Below are positions 17,808 through 27,204 of a stretch of DNA of 64,000 nt, piece by piece. Below the pieces are notes generated by a model. That model was not told the origin of the DNA. It was given only the letters and a program-made list of their open reading frames with translations, and did not search any database. Both the position numbers and the translations under genes were made by a program. This DNA comes from Eubacteriales bacterium (GTDB taxonomy: Bacteria > Bacillota > Clostridia > Oscillospirales > CAG-382). The stretch covers positions 3,651-67,650 of the forward strand of contig JAZSOO010000023.1 in the NCBI GenBank assembly GCA_045536935.1, given 5' to 3'. Within the stretch, counting starts at the first letter, position 1; each line of letters begins with the position of its first letter.

Positions 17808-18530
17808 ATGATAAGATATGAGATAGAAGGTGGAAACCTTCCCGTAGTAATCTGTTATCCCCAAGCAGGCCAATCGCTTTGTACCGAAAGCGGTGCGATG
17901 AGCTGGATGTCGCCCAATATGGAAATGGATACAAACACGGGCGGCGGATTCAAGAAAATGTTCGGACGAATGTTTTCGGGTGAATCTATCTTTATGAACG
18001 AATATACCGCAATCGGAAACGAGGGTATGATTGCCTTTGCCGCAAGCTTTCCGGGAAGCATCATTCCCTACCAAGTAACACCGGGTAACGGTATAATCGT
18101 GCAAAAACGCGGATTTTTGGCTATGGAAAAGGGCTTAGAACTTTCGGTTTATTTCCAAAAGAAGCTCGGCAAAGGCTTTTTCGGCGGTGAAGGCTTTATT
18201 ATGCAGAGAATCAGCGGTAACGGTATGGTATTCCTTGAGATCGACGGCTATTGCAAGGAATATAACCTCGGAGTGGGCGAATCTATCGTTATAGATACGG
18301 GCTATCTTGCCGCAATGAGCGAGACCTGCACAATGGATATTCAAACCGTCAAGGGCGCAAAGAATATCTTCTTCGGCGGCGAAGGCTTGTTCCATACCCG
18401 TGTAACAGGTCCCGGTAAGGTCTATATCCAATCCATGCCCGTAATCAACACCGCACAACGCCTAACGCCTTACCTTCATATAAGCTCGGGCAACGATAGC
18501 GGCGGAATCAACATCAAATTAGGCGATTAA
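17808..18530 (+). CDS. AIM24/TIGR00266 family protein
   Basis: ESGAMSWM, RMFSGESIF, FFGGEGF, FFGGEGLF, GPGKVYIQSMP. Confidence 0.9.
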   Translation: MIRYEIEGGNLPVVICYPQAGQSLCTESGAMSWMSPNMEMDTNTGGGFKKMFGRMFSGESIFMNEYTAIGNEGMIAFAASFPGSIIPYQVTPGNGIIVQKRGFLAMEKGLELSVYFQKKLGKGFFGGEGFIMQRISGNGMVFLEIDGYCKEYNLGVGESIVIDTGYLAAMSETCTMDIQTVKGAKNIFFGGEGLFHTRVTGPGKVYIQSMPVINTAQRLTPYLHISSGNDSGGINIKLGD

Positions 18531-18558
18531 AAACAGATTAATTAACGACGTATAAAAC

Positions 18559-18589
18559 TAAAAGCGAGGTGAACTTCACCTCGCTTTTG
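18559..18589. terminator. Bidirectional terminator between AIM24 gene and the R-M-like gene
   Basis: aaaagcgaggtgaa/ttcacctcgctttt inverted repeat. Confidence 0.75.
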
Positions 18590-20824
18590 TTATTTTATTA
18601 ATTCATATTCGAATAACATTGGTGTAATAGCATTGTTATAATAATTCTTGAGTGCATTATCCAGTTTTCTGATTTCCGAATTTAATGTATTGTATTTATA
18701 CATCATGAAAGGATTGCCTTTCTTGTCTTTTCTTCCACTGTCTATTTTAATGTTTAGTTCTTGCATTATTTGCCACAATCCGTAACGAACATTCTTGTTG
18801 GCTGATTTATATTCTTCTGTTTTAGACGCTTCGAATAATACATCTCTCCAATATTTCAAAAGTGTTTGTTCGGTTTCGGATAACTCCAAACCACCATTCA
18901 AAAACTCTTGCAGCGATTTCCAAGCTAAAGTATCTTCTCGGTCAAAGCATAATTCATTACGATAAAAACGCTTGTCATTGCCATAAAAGGACAGACATTT
19001 GTTTTTAGGAGAAAGAGCAGTATAAAATAGACATTTTTTTAAAAACTCTTTGTTTTTTAAATAAGATCCTTGACCATCATAAGATTTTGAATAGACATCA
19101 GTTTTGTACCATTTATCATAAGGGAAAACACCCGCAATGAACAGTGGCAACTTTTCTAAAAAATTATCAGAGCGTAGATAAAAACCATGACCGTTATATA
19201 GCACACCTCTGACTAACTTAACGGTTTTTCTATCTATTGAAAAAGAATCTGATTGAATGTATCCGATTATATTTTCGTTAAACAGCGGCTTTGAAACAAG
19301 GACCTTTCGTTCATTGGCAATAAACTCGTATCCATCTTTTTCACATATTATACCGTTCGTTTGGTCATTTTGAAAAATACGATTATCGTAAGCTTCGGAT
19401 AATTTATGATACGCTTTTTTTATAGTAATATCGTCTGCGGCGCGTTCTGTTTTATCTACCACTATATCATATGGGGTAAATGTTAGTGCTTCTGTGGAAA
19501 AATCGTTTACATTTTTCCACCATATGCATCCAATAGCAGATACTTGGTTTGCATGAAACTCTTTTCTATTACATAAAAATCCTCCGCAGCATTTTTTATT
19601 AACTAAATTTTGATTTCTCCAATATTTTGTCGGAGAAAATAAAATATAGCTGTCAAGGGGCTTTTTTAAATAATATTTAAATGCGCTCCATATAAACAAA
19701 TTGGCGAGATCGTTCAATACAACCCCTCGGTGTTTGTTTTCGTTTCGCATTTGTTCAATTACAAAACTTTTCTTCCAAATATTCTCTTTCTTTCCTGTGT
19801 TTTGGGATGCTCCGCTCCCTGATTCGCTATAGGGCGGATTTTCCATAAGAATAACAACACAATTTGGATCATTTACTTTTTCGCGTATAAAATCATTTGC
19901 TATCCCTTGTTCATTTTTCTCGGCAGGAATAATATCATATGCTAAAGCATCTATATTTGGAATCACAACAAGGCACTTATCGCCATATTTATAGTTCAAT
20001 ATGGCATATTCATTGAATTCAATAGTCGATAACACACAATGCTTTAATATTTCGTCGGACAGTCCTTCCTCTAAATTTCCCGTTCCGGCACATCTGTCGA
20101 TAATTATATAGTCCATCCCTTTAGGTATTTCTTCTATTGCCTTGAATAGCATCTTGTGCATTTCGTTAACATAAGCGGTTGGAGTGTAATACGCACCTTG
20201 CTCTCTTTGCAAAAGGCCAGGATTCAAACAATCCATAATATCTTCAAATTCAATATTATCCGCTTTAGCATAGGGATAGATTCTATCTTCCAAAATGTTT
20301 GGTTTTCTTATTTCGGCATTTTCACCCTTGATAAACTTATCTTTATCCTGATTGTATTTGTAAAACTGCTGAGATAAGCCAAGAATATTGTTTTTGTCAA
20401 CATGATATTTTACAAAATCCTCACTATTGACCACGGTTAGCAATTCTTGTAAACCAGTACTTGTAGAATAATCGATAGTGATATATTTGGCTTCGGTTTT
20501 ATATGCTTCGTTATTTTTACTTGCTGCACCAAAATAAACTTTTTCGATGTCTTCTAATAAATCAGCAGAATTAAAAATATATGCAGTTTCTCTATTAAGA
20601 TCGTTCAAAATAAGGTTGGCGGGCAATCGTTCGCCACGAATTCGTATACGTGAGGCATATTTTATTGCTTGTGATAAAACTTCATAAATGTTTTTTATGT
20701 CAATTTTGTTTTCGTATAGATTTCCTCTATCTACACCATCTGTATTGTGAGATAAATCGGGGTTGATACCAACACGATTATAAAAGTCTCTTTGTCCCTC
20801 ATATTCATCGTAATATTGCTTCAT
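18590..20824 (-). CDS. Single-chain restriction-modification-like enzyme (type IIG-like: nuclease + N6-adenine methyltransferase + putative TRD)
   Basis: N-terminal TDG...LYENK...Q...Y (PD-(D/E)xK with QxxxY), GAYYTP, IIDRCAGTGNL (motif I), ENPPY (motif IV); visibly more AT-rich than its neighbours. Confidence 0.7.
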   Translation of the reverse strand: MKQYYDEYEGQRDFYNRVGINPDLSHNTDGVDRGNLYENKIDIKNIYEVLSQAIKYASRIRIRGERLPANLILNDLNRETAYIFNSADLLEDIEKVYFGAASKNNEAYKTEAKYITIDYSTSTGLQELLTVVNSEDFVKYHVDKNNILGLSQQFYKYNQDKDKFIKGENAEIRKPNILEDRIYPYAKADNIEFEDIMDCLNPGLLQREQGAYYTPTAYVNEMHKMLFKAIEEIPKGMDYIIIDRCAGTGNLEEGLSDEILKHCVLSTIEFNEYAILNYKYGDKCLVVIPNIDALAYDIIPAEKNEQGIANDFIREKVNDPNCVVILMENPPYSESGSGASQNTGKKENIWKKSFVIEQMRNENKHRGVVLNDLANLFIWSAFKYYLKKPLDSYILFSPTKYWRNQNLVNKKCCGGFLCNRKEFHANQVSAIGCIWWKNVNDFSTEALTFTPYDIVVDKTERAADDITIKKAYHKLSEAYDNRIFQNDQTNGIICEKDGYEFIANERKVLVSKPLFNENIIGYIQSDSFSIDRKTVKLVRGVLYNGHGFYLRSDNFLEKLPLFIAGVFPYDKWYKTDVYSKSYDGQGSYLKNKEFLKKCLFYTALSPKNKCLSFYGNDKRFYRNELCFDREDTLAWKSLQEFLNGGLELSETEQTLLKYWRDVLFEASKTEEYKSANKNVRYGLWQIMQELNIKIDSGRKDKKGNPFMMYKYNTLNSEIRKLDNALKNYYNNAITPMLFEYELIK

Positions 20825-20854
20825 AATTAATCACCCCTTTTATAGGACTAAAAA

Positions 20855-20893
20855 GTAACAAAATGTTACATTTTCATTGTAACAAATGGTTAC
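20855..20893. promoter_or_regulatory. Twin palindromic operators GTAAC-N5-GTTAC between divergent genes
   Basis: GTAACaaaatGTTAC (20855-20869) and GTAACaaatgGTTAC (20879-20893). Confidence 0.7.
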
Positions 20894-20914
20894 AATAAAA
20901 TCAAGGGGGATTTA

Positions 20915-21118
20915 ATGATTGGTCTAAAACTTATACGAAAACAGCGCAAATTAAATCAACAAAAAGTCGCAATGGATTTAAATATATCAAGAGAGGCGTT
21001 ATCCTATTACGAAAATGGAAAACGCGAACCTTCGTTGGCGTTACTTGTTGCTATGTCGAAATATTTTAACGTTTCGATTAATTATTTGATCACCGGAAAA
21101 GAATTTATAAAAAGATGA
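20915..21118 (+). CDS. XRE/Cro-family helix-turn-helix regulator
   Basis: LKLIRK..LNQQKVA..LNISREALSYYENGKREPS...YFNVSINYL. Confidence 0.9.
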   Translation: MIGLKLIRKQRKLNQQKVAMDLNISREALSYYENGKREPSLALLVAMSKYFNVSINYLITGKEFIKR

Positions 21119-21160
21119 ATCTGCCTTCTTACTACGGAAAAGGCAGATTTTTTTATATAA

Positions 21161-21190
21161 GTATAAATCCCCTCCTTTTTACAAATAATA
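21161..21190 (+). promoter_or_regulatory. Forespore SigG/SigF-type promoter for spoVT
   Basis: GTATA-N18-AATAATA; spoVT is a known SigG-regulon gene. Confidence 0.55.
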
Positions 21191-21225
21191 ACACCACAAA
21201 TGTAAAAACAAGGAGAAATTTATAT

Positions 21226-21762
21226 ATGAAAGCAACAGGAATTGTACGCCGTATAGACGACCTCGGCAGGGTAGTTATCCCCAAAGAAATACGCCGTACT
21301 ATGCGAATACGTGAGGGCGATCCTCTCGAAATATATACCGAAAACGACGGAAGCGTGGTCTTCCGAAAATATTCGCCCGTTGGCGAATTAAGCCGAGTTT
21401 CGGCGGAATATGCCGAAGCGATGAACCGTTCAAGCGGAATCCCGATAGCGATCTGCGACAGAGACAGCGTTATTGCCGTTGCGGGACTTCCTCGCAGGGA
21501 CTATCTTGAAAAACCGATCTCAAGCGGACTTTCGGGCGTTCTTTCAACACACAGACCCTATTCCGCAGCCGAAAAGAACGGCAACGTAACAGTTATCGAA
21601 AACGGCGGTGAAGTAAGCTATCTTTCGCCCATCGTAAGTGAAGGAAGCGTTATCGGTGCGGTTATGTCGCTTAAGCAAAGCGGAAAGGTTTCGGACACCG
21701 GCTCCGAAAAGAAGCTTGTCGATACGGGCGCATACTTTATGTCATCGCAAACAGAAATATAG
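21226..21762 (+). CDS. spoVT: Stage V sporulation protein T (AbrB domain + GAF-like domain)
   Basis: MKATGIVRRIDDLGRVVIPKEIRRTMRIREGDPLEI..KYSP, CDRD, PI..EG.VIGAV. Confidence 0.92.
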   Translation: MKATGIVRRIDDLGRVVIPKEIRRTMRIREGDPLEIYTENDGSVVFRKYSPVGELSRVSAEYAEAMNRSSGIPIAICDRDSVIAVAGLPRRDYLEKPISSGLSGVLSTHRPYSAAEKNGNVTVIENGGEVSYLSPIVSEGSVIGAVMSLKQSGKVSDTGSEKKLVDTGAYFMSSQTEI

Positions 21763-21767
21763 AATTG

Positions 21768-21856
21768 CCCCAAGAAGTCTTACGACTTCTCGGGGACCCC
21801 AACACCACCACCCCAAGAAGTCTAACGACTTCTCGGGGACCCCAACACCACCCCAA
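21768..21856 (+). repeat. Tandem free-standing GGGGACCCC hairpin elements (2 full copies plus a remnant)
   Basis: ccccaagaagtc-ttac-gacttctcggggacccc (21768-21800) repeated at 21811-21843, linked by aacaccacca. Confidence 0.85.
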
Positions 21857-21898
21857 CAAAAGAAAGGTTATTGCAACAGTCAGCAATAACCTTTTTTC

Positions 21899-22699
21899 TT
21901 ATAAACCAAGCAATCCTTCTGCGTTTTTGTGAAAAACCATTTCAAGTGTTTCCTCGGAAAGACCAAGCTTGTTCAAAAATTCAATAATCTCCGCAGGGCT
22001 TGCCCAGGGAGCGTCCGAGCCGAAAAGTATTTTCTCGTGCGGGTGCTTTTCAAAAATCTTTTTGCCTTGCTCAACGGTAATTCCAATGCGTTCACAGCAA
22101 AAAGCCGTGTCAAGATAAAGATTCTTTCCGCAAAGCTTCTCAATAACCTCGTCCCAATGGCTGACACCGCCCAAATGAGCCGCAACAAGAATAAGACTTG
22201 GGAATTTGTCAAGCACGTTAAGGATAGCATCGGGCGTGGCGTGTATCTTGTTCGGAGAAACGGGGTCGTATCCCGTGTGGATAACAACGGGCAAGCCCAT
22301 TTCACTTATTGCCGATAGGATAGGCTCAAACCTTTCATCGTCAAACTCAATACCCAAATAATCAGGGTGGAGCTTAACACCCTTAATTCCCTTGGATTTA
22401 AAGTATAAAAGCTTTTCTTTTGGATTATCGTTGTCGGGGTGGAGCGAGCAAAAGGGAATAAGCTCTTCCGTGCTTTCGTTAACCTCAAGCGCAAAGTTGT
22501 TCACCTTTTCTTCCTGCTTTGCGTTTGTAACGGTATTAAGAACAACAGCTTTGTCAATGCCGTCTTCCTTCATAAGCTTTATAAGCCCGTCTGCCATTCC
22601 GTCAAAAGCAACGGGCAGACCTGCAGTTGCCTGAAGCGATGCTATTGCCCTTGGAGCCAACGCATCGGGGAAAATATGTGTGTGAAAATCGATTATCAT
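21899..22699 (-). CDS. Amidohydrolase_2 family metal-dependent hydrolase
   Basis: IDFHTH, GVKLHPDY, VIHTG, AAHLGG, LFGSDAPW. Confidence 0.88.
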   Translation of the reverse strand: MIIDFHTHIFPDALAPRAIASLQATAGLPVAFDGMADGLIKLMKEDGIDKAVVLNTVTNAKQEEKVNNFALEVNESTEELIPFCSLHPDNDNPKEKLLYFKSKGIKGVKLHPDYLGIEFDDERFEPILSAISEMGLPVVIHTGYDPVSPNKIHATPDAILNVLDKFPSLILVAAHLGGVSHWDEVIEKLCGKNLYLDTAFCCERIGITVEQGKKIFEKHPHEKILFGSDAPWASPAEIIEFLNKLGLSEETLEMVFHKNAEGLLGL

Positions 22700-22779
22700 A
22701 AAACGTTACCTGCTTTTTGTTTTGCAGTACCAATTATATGCCTTGATTTCTGCAATGTCAATAATGTGGCAAATAATTA

Positions 22780-22812
22780 CCCCAAGAAGTTGTTAGACTT
22801 CTTGGGGACCCC
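22780..22812 (+). repeat. Free-standing GGGGACCCC hairpin element
   Basis: ccccaagaagt-tgttag-acttcttggggacccc next to the hppA terminator. Confidence 0.8.
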
Positions 22813-22815
22813 AAC

Positions 22816-22850
22816 AAAAAAATGCGTTGGCGAAAAGCCAACGCATTTTA
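22816..22850 (-). terminator. Intrinsic terminator of hppA
   Basis: aaaatgcgttggc-gaaaa-gccaacgcatttt. Confidence 0.75.
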
Positions 22851-22859
22851 TAACTTTAA

Positions 22860-25073
22860 TTAAAGACCGAGCCAGTTAAGCAAGTTGTTGTTTGCAAATG
22901 CAGCAACAGTAACGAGCGAGATGGTGGACATGATCTTGATAAGAATATCGAGGGACGGACCAACGGTATCCTTCAAGGGGTCACCAACGGTGTCACCAAC
23001 GACAGCCGCATCGTGAGCGGGGCTGCCCTTCTTCTGGCCTTCAACGCCGCCGACTTCGATATATTTCTTACCGTTGTCCCAAGCGCCGCCTGCGTTACCG
23101 CAGAAGAGAGCAAGCATGATAGCGGAGATGGTTGCGCCGACAAGAACGCCGCCAACGAATGTCCAACCGAATACGAAACCGCAAACAACGGGGAATGCGA
23201 TACAGAAGATTGCGGGAACACGCATTTCTTTAAGAGCACCCTGAGAAGAGATTTCGATACAGGTCTTGTAGTCGGGAAGTACTTCGCCTTCCATAAGGCC
23301 CTTGATTTCTCTGAACTGACGGCGAACTTCTTCAACCATCTTCTGTGCAGCCTTAGCAACAGCGTTGATAAGCATACCGGAGAACATGAAGGGAAGAGCT
23401 GCACCGACGATAGCGCCGACAAGTACGAGCGGATCGAGAACGTTGAGCGCCAATTCGGTACCGGTGTGACCGTGGTTAGCTGCGAAGATGAAGGAAGTCA
23501 TCATGGAAAGGGTTGCAAGTGCAGCAGAACCGATTGCGAAGCCCTTACCGATAGCAGCGGTGGTGTTACCAACAGCGTCGAGTTCATCGGTGATTTCACG
23601 TACGCCGGGTTCGAGATAGGACATTTCAGCGATACCGCCTGCGTTGTCCGAGATAGGACCGTAGGTATCAACCGAAACGGTAGCAGCAACGAAGGAAAGC
23701 ATACCGATTGCAGCAGCAGCAACGCCGTACATACCGGAAAGGAGATAAGAAGCGTAGATGGAAACGCTCAAAAGTACGCAAGGAAGCATACAGGAGATCA
23801 TACCGAGGGAAAGACCCTGAGTAATGGTGAGAGCGGAACCGTCGATAGAAGCCTGGGAAAGAACCTTGGTGGGCTTGTAATCATAGCTGGTGTAGTATTC
23901 AGCGATCTTACCGATAACGATACCTGCAATGATACCGATTACGGAAGCAACCCAAGGAGATATCCAACCGAGTTTGAAGCTGAGCTGTTCAAATACAGAA
24001 GCTTCGGTACCGTTGAACGAGAAATATGCGATAACCGCACCGAGAACAACGGTAAGACCTGCAGAAACGTAGGTTGCGCCGTTAAGTTCTTTGTGGGGGT
24101 TGTCAGAAAGTTTTCTGCGGATAAGAAGGGTAGCAACACCGATAATACAAGAAATAAGACCAACTGCCGCAAATGCGAGCGGGAAGAGGATCATAGCTTT
24201 CATCATAGCAGCATCGGTGAAAGTGAGGTTTGCAAAAAGTTCAACTGCGAGGATAGCGCCGGAAAGGAGCGCACCGACAAAGCTTTCGAGAAGGTCGGAA
24301 CCGAGACCTGCAACGTCACCGACGTTGTCACCAACGTTGTCAGCGATAGTAGCGGGGTTTCTGGGGTCGTCTTCGGGAATGTGAGCTTCGGTCTTACCAA
24401 CAAGGTCAGCACCCATGTCAGCAGCTTTGGTGTAGATACCGCCGCCGATACGAGCGAACATTGCGATGATAGAGCAACCGAGAGCATAGCCGGAAAGTGT
24501 CATGGTAAAGGTTGCGCCGAAGTCCAAATCAGCACTGATCATACCGAGGATGCTTGTAGTGGAGGAAGCCAAAACTTCTTTGGTACCGACAACAGCATCG
24601 ATTTGATTAAGGCATATACCAAATACGACGTAAACTATAAAAATACCGAGAAGCGCAAAACCTGCAACGCAAAGACCCATAACCGAACCGCCCTTGAAAG
24701 CAACCTTAAGGGTGCTGGGGAGGGATTTGGTGGTACGTGCGGTGTTGGTAACGCGTACGTTTGCGTAGGTAGCGATTTTCATACCTACCCAACCTGCGGA
24801 AGCACTCATGACTGCACCGATAACAAATGCGATAGCGGTGGACCAAGAGATAAGAAGTGCAAGTACAAGCGCTACGATAGTTGCAACGATAGCGATGATC
24901 TTGTACTCATAAGTAATGAAGGCATTTGCGCCGACACGGATAGCAGCAGCGATTTCCTGCATACGTTCGGTACCTTCTTCGAGTTTCTTGACCGAGTAGA
25001 AGTTGAACGCTGCGTAAGCAAGACCGCCGAGCGCTGCAACAATGACAAGGCCAAGGACGAGGGTAATGTCCAT
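22860..25073 (-). CDS. hppA: Membrane-integral pyrophosphatase, K+-dependent, probably Na+-translocating
   Basis: GGIYTKAADMGADLVGKTE, EDDPRNPA.IADNVGDNVGD, DLLES, GNTTAA (Ala = K+-dependent type), GDTVGDPLKD. Confidence 0.95.
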   Translation of the reverse strand: MDITLVLGLVIVAALGGLAYAAFNFYSVKKLEEGTERMQEIAAAIRVGANAFITYEYKIIAIVATIVALVLALLISWSTAIAFVIGAVMSASAGWVGMKIATYANVRVTNTARTTKSLPSTLKVAFKGGSVMGLCVAGFALLGIFIVYVVFGICLNQIDAVVGTKEVLASSTTSILGMISADLDFGATFTMTLSGYALGCSIIAMFARIGGGIYTKAADMGADLVGKTEAHIPEDDPRNPATIADNVGDNVGDVAGLGSDLLESFVGALLSGAILAVELFANLTFTDAAMMKAMILFPLAFAAVGLISCIIGVATLLIRRKLSDNPHKELNGATYVSAGLTVVLGAVIAYFSFNGTEASVFEQLSFKLGWISPWVASVIGIIAGIVIGKIAEYYTSYDYKPTKVLSQASIDGSALTITQGLSLGMISCMLPCVLLSVSIYASYLLSGMYGVAAAAIGMLSFVAATVSVDTYGPISDNAGGIAEMSYLEPGVREITDELDAVGNTTAAIGKGFAIGSAALATLSMMTSFIFAANHGHTGTELALNVLDPLVLVGAIVGAALPFMFSGMLINAVAKAAQKMVEEVRRQFREIKGLMEGEVLPDYKTCIEISSQGALKEMRVPAIFCIAFPVVCGFVFGWTFVGGVLVGATISAIMLALFCGNAGGAWDNGKKYIEVGGVEGQKKGSPAHDAAVVGDTVGDPLKDTVGPSLDILIKIMSTISLVTVAAFANNNLLNWLGL

Positions 25074-25185
25074 ATTCTGTCCCTTTCGTATAATACGGCA
25101 AAAGCCGCTTTTTTATTATGATGCCTTTGGTTAAAGAACGGCGAAAAATGTATTTTTGCCAAATCTTTGCCAAACGCTCGCATTT

Positions 25186-25214
25186 ATTATATATGTAATC
25201 ATTCAATATGTCAA
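25186..25214 (-). promoter_or_regulatory. Consensus SigA promoter for hppA
   Basis: Minus strand TTGACA-N17-TATAAT. Confidence 0.75.
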
Positions 25215-25401
25215 TAAAGAATTTTCAACAAAAATAAACAAAATATGTCCGATATTTTACGTGATTGTTTTGCAGAATTTACTATAGCCGAAAAAAGTCA
25301 AATTAAAATCGTCCCAAAGGGCTATTTTTAGTTATACTAATTGACATTTAAGTTAATGTGTGGTAAAAGTTATATGAACGATAAAAAAGAAGGAGAAAGC
25401 T

Positions 25402-27204
25402 ATGACTATACTTCCTCAACCCAAAAAACTCAAAAAAACCTCGGGAGTCGTTGCAACAGCAGCACTTGACATTGTTCTCACCTCAAAATGCGACTACCGT
25501 ATTCTTAAAGCGGCTCAAAAGCTTGCTGCCGAAATTTATGAAGAAACGGGCAACGATCCCGTCATAACCAAGGTTCTCGGTACTCCCTCTCCCGCAGGCA
25601 AGATCTTGATCGACTGCCTTAATAAAAAGACCGAAGGATACAAGCTTTCTGCCCGTCCCGACGGTATCACTATCGTTGGTGATTCGCTCGCAGGCGCATT
25701 CTACGGTATCCAAACTCTCCGCCAGATGCTTGAGACCTGCGGTGAAGATATCGAATGCTGCGAGATCGAAGATAAACCCGATATGAAGTTCCGTGGTTTT
25801 TATCACGATGCTTCCCGCGGACGTGTTCCCACTCTTGAAGGCGTTTATAAGATGATCGATTTCATCGCATACTATAAGCATAACGCTTACCAAATGTATA
25901 TTGAACATACCTTTGAATTTGATGAATATAAGGGTATCTATAAGGCGTTCGGCTATATGACCGCCGAAGAAATTATGGAGATCGATCAGTATTGCTACGA
26001 TAACTTTATCGACTTCATTCCTTCGCTTTCCACGTTCGGACATCTTTTCCGTCTCCTCGAAAGCAAGAAATATAATCATCTTTGCGAGCTTGATACGTAT
26101 CAAAAGCATAATAACCCTTGGATCAACATTATGCTTCACCATACGATAAACGCAAGCGATCCCGAAGCAGAACAGCTTGCATATTCGCTCATCGACCAAT
26201 ACGTTCCCTTGTTCAGAAGCAAATATTTCAATATCTGCTGTGACGAAACCTTCGATATCTGCCTGGGCAAGAACGCAGGCAAGGATAAGGGTGCACTTTA
26301 TCTTGAATTCACTCTCAAGATAATGGAACATCTCCGTTCCCTCGGCAAGACCGTTATGATGTGGGGTGACGTTGTCCTTCACTATCCCGACACTATCGGT
26401 CAGTTCCCCGACGATATCGTTATGCTCAACTGGGACTACGGCAACAATCCTCCCGTTGAAAATATAGAAAAGTTCAATACTTATAAGTTCGGTCAGATCG
26501 TTTGCCCCGGCACAAGCTGCTGGAACCATTTCTGTGAACACGTTGATTATGCGGAACAGAATATAATCAAAATGGTCGAAAAGGGCGTTGAACAGAAGAT
26601 CATGGGTATGCTCAATACCTCTTGGGGCGACTTCGGTGCGATCTGCCCGATGTCCTGCACTCTTTACGGCTGCGTTCTCGGTGCTTCCAAGGCTTGGAAC
26701 TGCAAGACAAAGGCTGCTTGCGAAAAGTTTGATAAGGCGGTTTCCGAGCTTGTTTACGGCGATGCTTCGGGCGAGACTGTCAAGCTTATCCGTGAATTCG
26801 GCTCGGTTCAGGGTGTATTCTCTTGGGGCTCCTTCTGCAGTGCTCACTTCGATAACCGTATCGGCTACGGCGATACTATCGAACCGCTTCCTACCGACAG
26901 CGCACCTTACGTGACCAACGCAGAAAATGCTTTCAAGCTTGCTGAAAAATTCCGCCGCTTGCCCGTACAGAGCGAAATCACCAATGACCTCCGTATCGGC
27001 GCAGAAGGTCTTGCGATCATCAACCTTCGTTATGCAAGAATCATTGACGGCACCACCACGATCGACGAAGCTTTCGTTGAAAAATGGTGTGAACGCTATG
27101 CGGAATCTTGGCTCACCAACGATAAATATGCAGAGCTCGATGCAGTTCTCGCAGTTATGAGAGGCAAAAAGGTTTCTCTCGATTACCTCTTGACAAACAC
27201 CTGA
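25402..27204 (+). CDS. GH20 beta-N-acetylhexosaminidase (no signal peptide)
   Basis: ILPQPK start, GAFYGIQTL, EDKPDMKFRG..HDASRG, STFGH, NICCDET catalytic DE pair, MMWGD. Confidence 0.9.
   Translation: MTILPQPKKLKKTSGVVATAALDIVLTSKCDYRILKAAQKLAAEIYEETGNDPVITKVLGTPSPAGKILIDCLNKKTEGYKLSARPDGITIVGDSLAGAFYGIQTLRQMLETCGEDIECCEIEDKPDMKFRGFYHDASRGRVPTLEGVYKMIDFIAYYKHNAYQMYIEHTFEFDEYKGIYKAFGYMTAEEIMEIDQYCYDNFIDFIPSLSTFGHLFRLLESKKYNHLCELDTYQKHNNPWINIMLHHTINASDPEAEQLAYSLIDQYVPLFRSKYFNICCDETFDICLGKNAGKDKGALYLEFTLKIMEHLRSLGKTVMMWGDVVLHYPDTIGQFPDDIVMLNWDYGNNPPVENIEKFNTYKFGQIVCPGTSCWNHFCEHVDYAEQNIIKMVEKGVEQKIMGMLNTSWGDFGAICPMSCTLYGCVLGASKAWNCKTKAACEKFDKAVSELVYGDASGETVKLIREFGSVQGVFSWGSFCSAHFDNRIGYGDTIEPLPTDSAPYVTNAENAFKLAEKFRRLPVQSEITNDLRIGAEGLAIINLRYARIIDGTTTIDEAFVEKWCERYAESWLTNDKYAELDAVLAVMRGKKVSLDYLLTNT

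Noticed and set aside
21768-21856. Possible mini-CRISPR array
   Set aside because: Only two repeats, 7-10 bp near-identical linkers, no cas genes; the same unit occurs singly elsewhere
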